Part shown: in pieces, positions 33,299-40,764 of the stretch | How positions within the stretch are numbered: position 1 is the first letter of the stretch | How the letters are laid out: every line of letters begins with the position of its first letter | From: Candidatus Nanoarchaeia archaeon | Lineage (GTDB): Bacteria > Patescibacteriota > Microgenomatia > Woykebacterales > RBG-16-39-9b | Direction: 5' to 3' | DNA: 40,764 bases | NCBI GenBank assembly: GCA_036382695.1 | Contig: DASVHF010000072.1 | Coordinates: forward strand, 1-40,764 | Position numbers and translations under genes: made by a program | Notes under the pieces: model-generated | The model's input: the letters and a program-made list of their open reading frames with translations, nothing else | Told to the model about the DNA's origin: nothing | The model's database searches: none

Positions 33299-33916
33299 TT
33301 AAAAAAGGCTCCCCTGCCCACTTTCCCCAAGAGATTGGGCGGTTTGACCTGCAAGTTGCGGTTTTTGCATCAACCGCTTATTTTTTAAAAAATCATCCTC
33401 TAGCTCTGCTGCTAATTTGCTACTGCGTAACGCAGCTGCTGGGTGGTACATAGGTATCACAACTACATTTTGAATTTGAAAAGGCTCACCATGAATCTCA
33501 GAGATTTTTTTCTGTGGTAGATAACGGTTCAAACTCCATTTGCCTAGTGTCACAATTATTTTCGGAGAAATAATCGATAGCTGCGCGTCTAACCAACCGT
33601 TGCAGGCTACAACTTCATTTGGTGCCGGATCACGATTTTGCGGCGGTCGATGCTTCACTACATTAGTAATAAAAACTTCTTCCCGCTTTAAACCAACCTT
33701 AGAAAGCAGTAGATCAAGGTATTTTCCAGCATTTCCCACGAACGGCAACCCCTTTGCATCTTCATGAAACCCAGGTGCTTCACCAATGAAAACTATCTCC
33801 GCAGTAGGCGATCCTTCTCCAGGAACAGCGTGGTTTGCGGACTTATAAAGGTCGCAGCGTGTACATTTTTCAACCTGCGCAGCGAGTTCTAGTAGCTTTT
33901 CCTTTTTCTCCATCAA
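33299..33916 (-). CDS. udg: Uracil-DNA glycosylase, family 4
   Basis: CTRC near the N-terminus, GEAPGFHED, GLPFVGNAG, and HPAAALR. Confidence 0.85.
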   Translation of the reverse strand: MMEKKEKLLELAAQVEKCTRCDLYKSANHAVPGEGSPTAEIVFIGEAPGFHEDAKGLPFVGNAGKYLDLLLSKVGLKREEVFITNVVKHRPPQNRDPAPNEVVACNGWLDAQLSIISPKIIVTLGKWSLNRYLPQKKISEIHGEPFQIQNVVVIPMYHPAAALRSSKLAAELEDDFLKNKRLMQKPQLAGQTAQSLGESGQGSLF

Positions 33917-33917
33917 G

Positions 33918-36002
33918 CTATTTAATAAACTTGTGAGTTAAGTTTACTCTGCCTTGTTGATCGATGTCTAATACCTTGACTTTCAGTTTTTGCCCAATTT
34001 TCACTTCCTTATTGATATCGTTTACCCTGTACGGAGCGAGTTGGGAAATATGCACCATTCCTTCTTTTCCTGGAAGGATCTCAACAAAGGCGCCAAAATT
34101 CAGTATTCTTTTGACTTCGCCGACATACTCCTCTCCTGGTTCGACTTCATGCGTAAGACCTTGAATCAAGCCAACTGCTTTTTTTAAACCCTCTTCGGTG
34201 GTGCTAGTTACACTCACTGTCCCATCGTCATCGATGTCAACTGCGGCACCAGTTTCATTAATGATTCTATTAATTGTTTTTCCGCCGCTGCCGATTACCT
34301 CACCAATTTTTTTAGGTGGTATCTGAATCACTTGAACTTTTGGCGCGTATTTAGAAATTTCTGCACGAGCTTTCGGCAAAGCTTGCAGCATTTTCTCCAA
34401 CACGAATTCTCTTGCTCTACTGGATTGCTCAAGAGTCTCGGAAACCACTTTTTCACTTAGGCCATCAACCTTAACATCGAGTTGGATCGCGGTGACTCCT
34501 TTCTGACTACCAGCGATTTTGAAATCCATATCACCGTAAAAATCTTCCAAGGCTTGGATATCAGTCAAAATTTTAGATTTATCTCCTTCTGTCACCAAAC
34601 CCATCGCTACTCCGGAAACTGGAGCAGAAATTGGCACACCGGCATCCATCAAAGCTAGGCTTGAACCGCAAGTTGCGGCCATTGAAGTCGAACCAGATGA
34701 GGAAAGTACCTCTGAGACAAGCCGAATAGTATAAGGAAACTTATCCTCACTAGGAGTAACACACCCCAAGGCTTTCTCTGCCAAAGCACCATGGCCAATT
34801 TCCCGCCTACTAGGTGGCCCCACCCGGCCAACCTCGCCAGTAGAAAAGGGTGGAAATTCGTAATGGTGCATGAATCGCTTTGTCGCTTCTCCCTCCATGC
34901 CTTCAATCAACTGCTCAAGTGACGTTGATCCCAAAGTAGCTACAGTCAAAACCTGAGTATCTCCTCTTTTAAAAAGGGCTGAACCGTGGGTGCGTGGAAG
35001 GACCCCAACCTCAATTTCAAGTTCTCGCACATCAGTGAGTCCTCGACCATCCGGTCTATGTTCTTTGTCTACAATTTGTTCTCGAACAAACTGCTTTACT
35101 GTAGCATCAAATATCTTGCTAATTTCGGTTTTAGCTAACTTTCCCTCAAATTCTTTATGCAAAACCTCCTTCATTTCCTCGGCCAGATTTTCTTGAGCGT
35201 TTTTTCCTGGATCAAAGAGATCCTTCTCGAAATTCTTTTTTGTATAATCAGTGATCTGCGCTTTCAATTCTTTCGGGACTTTCTCACCCTCGTATTCTTG
35301 TTTTTCCACCCTTACTTCTTTTTGTAAAGAATCGAATAATTCAAAAACCGCCTTTGCTTGATCCCGAGCATAGTCAATCGCTCTTAAAACCACATCTTCT
35401 GGGATTTCCTTGAAGGCTCCTTCGATCATAACTACTTTTTCTCGGTTGAATGAGACGGTAAGTGAGATATCGGAAAATGGCTCATCACTTTTAGTTGGGT
35501 TTAGTATGAATTCTCCGTCACGATAACCCACTCTTACCCCAACTACGGGACCATTCCAGGGTATAGGAGAGGTAATAAGAGCAGCGCTGGTAGCAAGAAG
35601 CGAAACTATGTCTGGATCATTTTCTTGATCGTAAGATAAAATGGTGATAATAACTTGCACTTCATTAAAATAATCTTTAGGGAAGAGCGGCCGAATAGAT
35701 CGGTCTATCAAACGTCCGTTTAAAATTGCCTCCTCCGTCGGCCTACCCTCCCGTTTAATAAAGCGGGATGTTGAGATTCGTCCGGAGGCATATAGTCTTT
35801 CTTCATAATCCACCGACAGCGGAAAATAGTCTATGTCTTCTCGCGGCGCGGCTGAAACAACGGTAGCAAGCACCATTGTATCACCAAGCCGGCTAAGAAT
35901 AGCACTGTCAGCTTGCGTAGCAAGCTTTCCATATTGAAACGATAGGGTTCTGCCACCCCAATTTATTTCTTTCTGGATAATTTTATTGTTTTCTTTAGCC
36001 AT
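33918..36002 (-). CDS. pnp: Polyribonucleotide nucleotidyltransferase (PNPase)
   Basis: Two RNase PH domains, a KH domain (IGEVIGSGGKTIN) and an S1 domain (GEVKRILNFGAFVEI). I prefer the ATG at 36002 (MAKENNKIIQ) over the TTG-extended track start at 36050. Confidence 0.95.
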   Translation of the reverse strand: MAKENNKIIQKEINWGGRTLSFQYGKLATQADSAILSRLGDTMVLATVVSAAPREDIDYFPLSVDYEERLYASGRISTSRFIKREGRPTEEAILNGRLIDRSIRPLFPKDYFNEVQVIITILSYDQENDPDIVSLLATSAALITSPIPWNGPVVGVRVGYRDGEFILNPTKSDEPFSDISLTVSFNREKVVMIEGAFKEIPEDVVLRAIDYARDQAKAVFELFDSLQKEVRVEKQEYEGEKVPKELKAQITDYTKKNFEKDLFDPGKNAQENLAEEMKEVLHKEFEGKLAKTEISKIFDATVKQFVREQIVDKEHRPDGRGLTDVRELEIEVGVLPRTHGSALFKRGDTQVLTVATLGSTSLEQLIEGMEGEATKRFMHHYEFPPFSTGEVGRVGPPSRREIGHGALAEKALGCVTPSEDKFPYTIRLVSEVLSSSGSTSMAATCGSSLALMDAGVPISAPVSGVAMGLVTEGDKSKILTDIQALEDFYGDMDFKIAGSQKGVTAIQLDVKVDGLSEKVVSETLEQSSRAREFVLEKMLQALPKARAEISKYAPKVQVIQIPPKKIGEVIGSGGKTINRIINETGAAVDIDDDGTVSVTSTTEEGLKKAVGLIQGLTHEVEPGEEYVGEVKRILNFGAFVEILPGKEGMVHISQLAPYRVNDINKEVKIGQKLKVKVLDIDQQGRVNLTHKFIK

Positions 36003-36175
36003 GAAGATTTTTAGACTAAGGGAGGAGATACGGGGAGCTGTGACCTGCAACCAATGACCAACTCGTATGGAGATTGACTTTGCGGATCACCGTTCCCCTA
36101 TCAACTTGCTCCTTAGCTCGGACGGAACATTACCAGTCTAACAATTTTATTAAAAGTGTGCAAGAAGGTAGATAA

Positions 36176-36445
36176 TTATTTACTCAACCCCAACTTCTGT
36201 ACTATAGCCTTGTATCTTTCAGGTTCTTTTCTTGTCAAGTACATTAAAATTCTTCTTCTTTTATTGAGCATTTGCAACAAGCCTCTGCGAGAGTGGGCAT
36301 CTTGTTTGTGCCCCTTTAAGTGTTCAGTCAGCCGTTTAATCCTTTCAGACAGCAGCGCAATCTGCACCTCAGGACTTCCTGTGTCACCTTCATGCTGCGC
36401 AAAGCCTTTTAAGATTTTTTCCTTTTCATCTTTCTCAAGTGCCAT
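36176..36445 (-). CDS. rpsO: 30S ribosomal protein S15
   Basis: [38 protein letters not shown]. 89 aa. Confidence 0.95.
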   Translation of the reverse strand: MALEKDEKEKILKGFAQHEGDTGSPEVQIALLSERIKRLTEHLKGHKQDAHSRRGLLQMLNKRRRILMYLTRKEPERYKAIVQKLGLSK

Positions 36446-36498
36446 AACAACTCATCTTCAGTATAACAAAATACGAATCTATCATTCAATTTTGCTAG

Positions 36499-37302
36499 TT
36501 AAGAAGCCTGCCTGTCCAATCGGAAAATTTTTGGCGAAAGCCATTCTTTAGGAGCATGAGGGTCTGCAAGATATCCTTGACGCTCTTGCTTCCTAAGCAC
36601 ACCTTTCTTAATCCTAGCACAAAATGCTGCTGCTTCGAATGTGGTTGGATCGGCTACAGAATTAAAGTCATCGGTAGCAGCACGCATACCGGCCAATAAA
36701 TAATCGATAGCGGCTACTGGCGGGCTAAGTTGGCTTTTTTCGACTAATTTAGCCACCTGGGCGCAGATACTATCAGCAAATTCGTTGACAAAATTTAATT
36801 TACCATAGAGCTGGTTGTCGGTACTTTTGTCTATGTTTATAATTTCCTTTTTTTCTAGAGATTCTCTTTCGTCCTGTTCAAGTTCTGTCAAAGACGCCAG
36901 ACCCAAAGTAATTATTAAATCTGTCTCGTACCCCCGGAAGGAGATTTTTATCTCATCTTCGCTAATTGCTTTGTTTCTTGGACTTATAATGAAATTAAAA
37001 TTTTCTCCCTCTAGATCATAGCTTACTTTTTCGATTCCATTCTTATGCCAATTGAAGGAAACTACAAGCTTTCTTAAGTCGACTCTGTCCTTTATTTTAA
37101 CGGGAGATGGGTCAAAATTTTCTGGCAAGTCTCCTTTTGCTACAACTTGAACATTTTTACCTAAAGCCCTCAAGATATTCTCCAAAAATAAAGCTGCTGC
37201 TAAAGTATCCACCTCTAGATTTTTGCCCGTCAGTATTAAGATATTCTTTGCTTGATTTATTAAATTTGCAAAGAAGCTAGAATTTTCTGCCTGTATTTGC
37301 AT
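36499..37302 (-). CDS. DHH-phosphoesterase-like (NrnA-like) protein with degenerate catalytic motifs
   Basis: NILILTGKNLEVDTLAAALFL aligns to the DHH motif I/II region (normally ..H..PDGDA.GS..) but lacks the His/Asp residues. At 267 aa it is shorter than NrnA. Confidence 0.45.
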   Translation of the reverse strand: MQIQAENSSFFANLINQAKNILILTGKNLEVDTLAAALFLENILRALGKNVQVVAKGDLPENFDPSPVKIKDRVDLRKLVVSFNWHKNGIEKVSYDLEGENFNFIISPRNKAISEDEIKISFRGYETDLIITLGLASLTELEQDERESLEKKEIINIDKSTDNQLYGKLNFVNEFADSICAQVAKLVEKSQLSPPVAAIDYLLAGMRAATDDFNSVADPTTFEAAAFCARIKKGVLRKQERQGYLADPHAPKEWLSPKIFRLDRQAS

Positions 37303-37390
37303 AAGTCATCCTTAGACCTTTCTTAGCAAGATCGCAGGACGCGAGAGTACCCAAATCATTGAACCTCAAGCGAAATCTAGTCCATGAAAT

Positions 37391-37413
37391 GGTCGCAGAT
37401 TGCTTTAGCGATC
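37391..37413 (-). terminator. Hairpin of the dispersed repeat family overlapping the infB stop codon
   Basis: ggtcgc (37391-37396) pairs with gcgatc (37408-37413). Minus sense is followed by AUUUCAUGG. Confidence 0.4.
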
Positions 37414-38915
37414 TATTTGGTTACAGAGCGTCCTATAGCAACCATTATATCACCTTTTGTAAAGGAGACATTTTTTTCTAGCACCACACCAAATTCTTCG
37501 CCTTCAGTTGCTTCATTGATATCACTTTCTCGATGCTTCATAGAAGTTATTTTGCTTCGCCCAATTTCCTTTTCATTCCTTTTTATGATAATGGTGTCTT
37601 CTTTATTTACCTTACCAGCTTCTATCTTACAACCAGCCGCTTTACCATCTCTTATTTGAAAGGTCTTAACAACCACAGCCTCGCCATAAACCACCTCTTC
37701 TTTTTTCTGTTCCAACGCCGTCAGGCCTTCTCGTAGCTCGTCTAAAAGTTCGTAAATTAGATTATAGACGCGAATTAGAACCTTTTCCTCGGCAGCTAAC
37801 CTTTCTACACTCTTGCTGATTAAGACATTAAAACCAATTATTAATGACCGTGTTGCCGCAGCTAACAGTACGTCACTCTCGCTTATATCTCCTGTACTCG
37901 AATGGTAAATTTTTACTTTTTTATCTTCTGCTTTTAAACTTTCCAGAGAGTTTGTAATTGCCTCTAAGGACCCAACTACATCAGTCTTGATAATCAACCG
38001 AATCTCACCTTCATCTGTTATGCCGATTTTCTGCTCGAAGGCTACCTTCTCGGCTTTTTCCACCGTTCTTATCTTGGACTCCGAGGTAATTTTAGTTAGT
38101 TCTCCAATCTTCGGTACTGAAGTAAAGCCAAGAACTTCAACTGGGGTCGAAGGATAAGCTTCCTTCAGGCCTTTACCGTCCGCGTCTGTTAGAATCTTTA
38201 CTTTACCTATTGCACTGTCGGTGTAGAGTGCATCACCCACGTGTAATATCCCTTCCTTTACTAAAATTGTCGCCAACGGTCCTTTAAATTTATCAAGTTT
38301 TGCTTCAATTACCACACCACTAAAAGGTTTATCTTGATTAGCTTTCAACTCTTGCATATCGGCTAAAAGGAGGGTCATTTCCAAAAGATCAACAGTACCC
38401 TCTCCAGTTTTTGCGGAAACTGGTACTACCACTACATCACCACCGTAATCCTCAACCAAAACATCATTCTCCGAAAGTTGTTTTTTGACCTTTTCAATAT
38501 TTGTACCTGGAATATCAATTTTATTAGCAGCGACTATAAATGGAATATTTGCAGCTTTGATGTGGGCGATGCTCTCTTTCGTCTGAGGCATAACTCCATC
38601 ATCTACAGCGATTACCAAAACGGCCAGATCAGATACTTGACCACCACGGGCGCGCATAGCCGAGAAGGCTTCGTGGCCCGGCGTATCAATAAAGGTAATT
38701 TTCCTTCCATTGTGTTCTATCTGATAGGCGCCTATATGTTGAGTAATAGCACCGAATTCGCGTTCGGCTACGTGGCTTTTGCGAATGTAATCAAGTAGAG
38801 TGGTTTTTCCATGGTCCACGTGACCAAGAATAGCCACCACGGGCGGTCGGGTAGTACCTCTTGCCAAGGTAGGGGTGGGTCTTTGCTTAATCGTTGAGTT
38901 TCTATTTTTCGCCAT
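37413..38915 (-). CDS. infB: Translation initiation factor IF-2, minimal form starting just before the G domain
   Basis: G1 GHVDHGKTTLLD, G3 DTPGHEAF, G4 NKID. At 500 aa it lacks the long N-terminal region of most bacterial IF-2. Confidence 0.95.
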   Translation of the reverse strand: MAKNRNSTIKQRPTPTLARGTTRPPVVAILGHVDHGKTTLLDYIRKSHVAEREFGAITQHIGAYQIEHNGRKITFIDTPGHEAFSAMRARGGQVSDLAVLVIAVDDGVMPQTKESIAHIKAANIPFIVAANKIDIPGTNIEKVKKQLSENDVLVEDYGGDVVVVPVSAKTGEGTVDLLEMTLLLADMQELKANQDKPFSGVVIEAKLDKFKGPLATILVKEGILHVGDALYTDSAIGKVKILTDADGKGLKEAYPSTPVEVLGFTSVPKIGELTKITSESKIRTVEKAEKVAFEQKIGITDEGEIRLIIKTDVVGSLEAITNSLESLKAEDKKVKIYHSSTGDISESDVLLAAATRSLIIGFNVLISKSVERLAAEEKVLIRVYNLIYELLDELREGLTALEQKKEEVVYGEAVVVKTFQIRDGKAAGCKIEAGKVNKEDTIIIKRNEKEIGRSKITSMKHRESDINEATEGEEFGVVLEKNVSFTKGDIMVAIGRSVTK

Positions 38916-38973
38916 AAATTAAATCTTTTGTTTTTTTGGCACTTTTTAAAAAACATCTTCCAAAGGCCGTTTC

Positions 38974-40059
38974 TCATTCCTTGCTTTTAGCTTTTTTGGT
39001 CTTTTTCTTTGTTTGTTTGCCGACAACTGTTTTTTTGGCCCCGAGTTTCTTTTCCGCTTTTGGTTTTTCAGCAGCTTCTTTACCCTCTTGTTTTTCTTTT
39101 AACTTTTGGCTTATCTCGAGTTTTTCTGCTCCCTTAATGTCAATTCTCCAGCCAGTTAATTTTGCTGCTAGTCGGACGTTTTGGCCATCCTTTCCTATCG
39201 CCAATGAGAGTTGGTCGTCAGGCACCTCTACATACGCAGTCTTTTCTTTTTCATCAGTGCGTACTTTATCTACTTTTGCTGGGGAAAGGGCAGCCGCCAC
39301 AAATTTAGCTGGCTCGTCGCTATAAGCAATAACATCTATCTTCTCCTTTCCAAGTTCAACAATTACTGCCTGCACCCTAACTCCTTTTTGTCCTACACAG
39401 CTTCCAACCGGATCTACTCCTGGTTGTCGAGAAGCCACTGCTACCTTACTTCGGTTGCCAGCTTCTCGGGCAATACCTTTAATCTCAACTATCCCGGAAC
39501 CGATTTCTGGCACTTCCAGCTTGAAAAGTCCTTCAACCAATCCTTTGTGTGCCCGGGAAACTACGATTTCTTGCCCACGATGGCCTTCACGAATACCAAT
39601 GATGTAAAATTTTAGCCGTTGGTTAAGCCGATATTCTTCACCAGCCATTTTCTCAGTTGCTGGCATGATACTCTCTGTCTTACCTAGATCTATGACAATG
39701 TTTGCACCTTCGATCCGCTGGATCATGCCGTTGACTATAGTACCAACTCTTTTCTCAAATTCAGAAAATATGGCACTTTTTTCAACTTCACGGATTCTTT
39801 GTAAGAGAACTTGCTTTGCTGTTTGGGCAGCAATACGACCAAATCCTGGTGGCGTTACATCTTTTTTATCTTTAAAAATTTTGGCTACTCCTGTATCTGG
39901 CTCGATCTCAACTTCAATATCCTCGGTTTCTCCACCGTAATCTTTTTTGTAGGCGGATTTTATTGCATCCTTGATGATCCCCAAGACATCATCGGGTTCT
40001 ACTCCACGTTCAGCCGCGGCCTGATTGAGAGCAGCTGCAAATTCTGTTCTTAATGCCAA
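38974..40059 (-). CDS. nusA: Transcription termination/antitermination factor NusA with a Lys-rich C-terminal tail and no AR1/AR2 repeats
   Basis: An S1 domain ([21 protein letters not shown]), KH1/KH2 ([24 protein letters not shown]), a TTG start at 40059, and the SD AAGGAGG at 40066-40072. Confidence 0.93.
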   Translation of the reverse strand: MALRTEFAAALNQAAAERGVEPDDVLGIIKDAIKSAYKKDYGGETEDIEVEIEPDTGVAKIFKDKKDVTPPGFGRIAAQTAKQVLLQRIREVEKSAIFSEFEKRVGTIVNGMIQRIEGANIVIDLGKTESIMPATEKMAGEEYRLNQRLKFYIIGIREGHRGQEIVVSRAHKGLVEGLFKLEVPEIGSGIVEIKGIAREAGNRSKVAVASRQPGVDPVGSCVGQKGVRVQAVIVELGKEKIDVIAYSDEPAKFVAAALSPAKVDKVRTDEKEKTAYVEVPDDQLSLAIGKDGQNVRLAAKLTGWRIDIKGAEKLEISQKLKEKQEGKEAAEKPKAEKKLGAKKTVVGKQTKKKTKKAKSKE

Positions 40060-40077
40060 ATTAGCCTCCTTAAACCT

Positions 40078-40103
40078 AAAAAGTGGGATTTTAAGCCCAC
40101 TTT
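40078..40103 (-). terminator. Terminator-like hairpin in the nusA leader
   Basis: Minus sense reads AAAGUGGG-cuuaaaau-CCCACUUU followed by UUAGGUUUA. It lies between the promoter (40132-40160) and the SD. Confidence 0.4.
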
Positions 40104-40131
40104 AAACTACTAATCCAAATTTAATACTCCA

Positions 40132-40160
40132 ATAATAAACTATCATTTATTTTAGGTCAA
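40132..40160 (-). promoter_or_regulatory. Sigma70-like promoter for nusA-infB
   Basis: Minus strand reads TTGACC (40155-40160), a 17-nt spacer, then TATTAT (40132-40137). Confidence 0.5.
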
Positions 40161-40652
40161 GGTTTATTGAAAATATCGCGACCAGCAAATGTATATTGAC
40201 AAGCAAGCGAGAAAGTGGTTTAGTGTAGGTAAAGAAGCAAACGAGAGTACGATCCAACCCTGTTCACTCACCCGAACAGGACTAACATATGGTGGGTGCG
40301 GCATCTGGCTATTATGGGTATCCCTCCCACCCTGGGCGTAGTCAGACGTTGGTATACCCACCACCAGCACTCAATAATTTGATCCAGCTTTGTTGATCTG
40401 GGTCACCAACTGGCTGCAACAGCCGAAACTCTTGGCCGGTTGGTTAAACTTCGAGGGAGACAGTAACCGCATGCTGCCTCTCTAGCGCTCTTGGGTCTCA
40501 TCGCCGCACCCCCTGCGAGTAAGATGAAAGGAGGTAAGGTCACGGGCACACGTTGCTTCGACCCTCCCTCTGGACTCGAGAGCGCATGCCAACAGATGGG
40601 CACAATTGTGAGGGAATTTGATAATTCTCCGCAGTTGTGCCCCTTCTTCTTT
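40161..40652. ncRNA. Unassigned GC-rich, ORF-poor, helix-dense region; candidate structured RNA of unknown class and unresolved strand
   Basis: Hand count gives 32/60 and 36/60 G+C in lines 40441-40500 and 40501-40560, against visibly AT-richer flanks. Multiple nested complementary segments are present (details in findings). The only ORFs are two Cys/Pro/Arg-rich 66-68-aa frames. Confidence 0.35.
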
Positions 40653-40763
40653 TCAGCCCTCCAATTCTCTCAGTGCCTCTTTCTGCCTAGTAGAGAGGTG
40701 TTTGGGCGTAACTACTCTGACCCGCACGTATTGATCGCCGCGGGAAGAATCATGTTTGACTCC
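40653..40763 (-). CDS. C-terminal 36 codons of a DnaJ/CbpA-type co-chaperone (gene enters from the right edge)
   Basis: Too short for the ORF track. My translation is GVKHDSSRGDQYVRVRVVTPKHLSTRQKEALRELEG*. The GD.YV.V.V..P..L...QKE.L.EL pattern is the usual DnaJ C-terminal end. Confidence 0.55.
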   Translation of the reverse strand, partial: GVKHDSSRGDQYVRVRVVTPKHLSTRQKEALRELEG

Positions 40764-40764
40764 C

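Noticed and set aside
33298-36050. N-terminal extensions given by the ORF track for RNase J (to 33354), PNPase (to 36050), the DEAD-box helicase (from 1932) and the RHH gene (to 1184).
   Set aside because: The extensions start at TTG or weak codons. They either overlap the upstream gene (rnj/udg), lie inside a 5' hairpin (helicase) or cover the gene's own promoter (RHH). Conserved N-termini begin at the internal ATGs.
40377-40392. A 16S rRNA 5'-end-like string, tttgatccagct, compared with TTTGATCCTGGCTCAG.
   Set aside because: Nothing downstream resembles 16S, and no other universally conserved rRNA block is present anywhere in the window.
40231-40650. RNase P RNA. The plus strand shows local resemblances to type-A M1 RNA: UGCAACAG, GUAAGAUGAAAGGAGG versus GUAAGGGUGAAAGGGUG, and GAGAGCGCA...AACAG. 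The ends also pair like P1.
   Set aside because: The near-universal P4 strand GAGGAAAGUCCGGGC and its partner ACAGAA.CCGGCUUA are absent on both strands. The best 3' 'P4' match I first found lies inside the dnaJ coding sequence. I kept the region only as an unassigned structured-RNA candidate.
40230-40730. ORF-less group II intron on the minus strand, suggested by a GUGCG at ~40727 and a domain-V-like hairpin AGUCCUGUUC...GAACAGGGUU at 40256-40283.
   Set aside because: The GUGCG lies inside the in-frame dnaJ-type C-terminus (…QYVRVRVV…). The hairpin lacks the 2-nt bulge, the GNRA loop and the 34-nt geometry of domain V. No reverse transcriptase ORF is present.
1-40764. A search for CRISPR arrays, transposase/integrase genes, tRNA/rRNA genes, and a reverse transcriptase with matching template/variable repeats (DGR).
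   Set aside because: I saw no regularly spaced 25-40-nt direct repeats, no recombinase or RT motifs in any listed ORF, and no cloverleaf or rRNA consensus blocks. The only tandem coding repeats are the RTX nonapeptides.

Overview
This 40.8-kb bacterial window is AT-rich, densely coding, and has about 90% of its genes on the minus strand. Most of it is a housekeeping backbone. Reading right to left: dnaJ-type C-terminus (partial), a ~490-nt ORF-free GC-rich gap, nusA, infB, a degenerate DHH-like gene, rpsO, pnp, a family-4 UDG, RNase J, an EamA transporter, ftsK, a rodZ-like gene, DUF948/YtxH-like genes, alaS, an FtsA-like gene, a 502-aa membrane protein, mltG, rpoB and rpoC. Several proteins are minimal: IF-2 is 500 aa, AlaRS is 631 aa with no C-Ala domain, and NusA is 361 aa. 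rimP, rbfA, truB and rplJL are missing from their usual positions. By inference only, this suggests a reduced-genome lineage such as CPR/Patescibacteria. The least ordinary region is 9953-13743. It holds an ER/archaeal-type (SipW-like) signal peptidase between two proteins that share an FSDTETS[AS]GNT post-anchor motif (TasA/camelysin-like). Next to these are an anchor-bearing protein with 14 in-register RTX nonapeptides and a four-helix-bundle gene bracketed by 27-nt direct repeats. The left 9 kb is accessory-like: MazG-like, deoxyribosyltransferase-like, RHH, DEAD-box helicase, UPF0016, CapA, Gdh, RRM protein, MGMT, PD-(D/E)XK nuclease and PEBP. Canonical TTGACA-17-TAnnnT promoters, several intrinsic-terminator hairpins and at least four short dispersed repeat families can be read in the intergenic DNA. 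I found no rRNA, tRNA, CRISPR array or transposase. All functional calls come from motif reading by eye, with no searches run.
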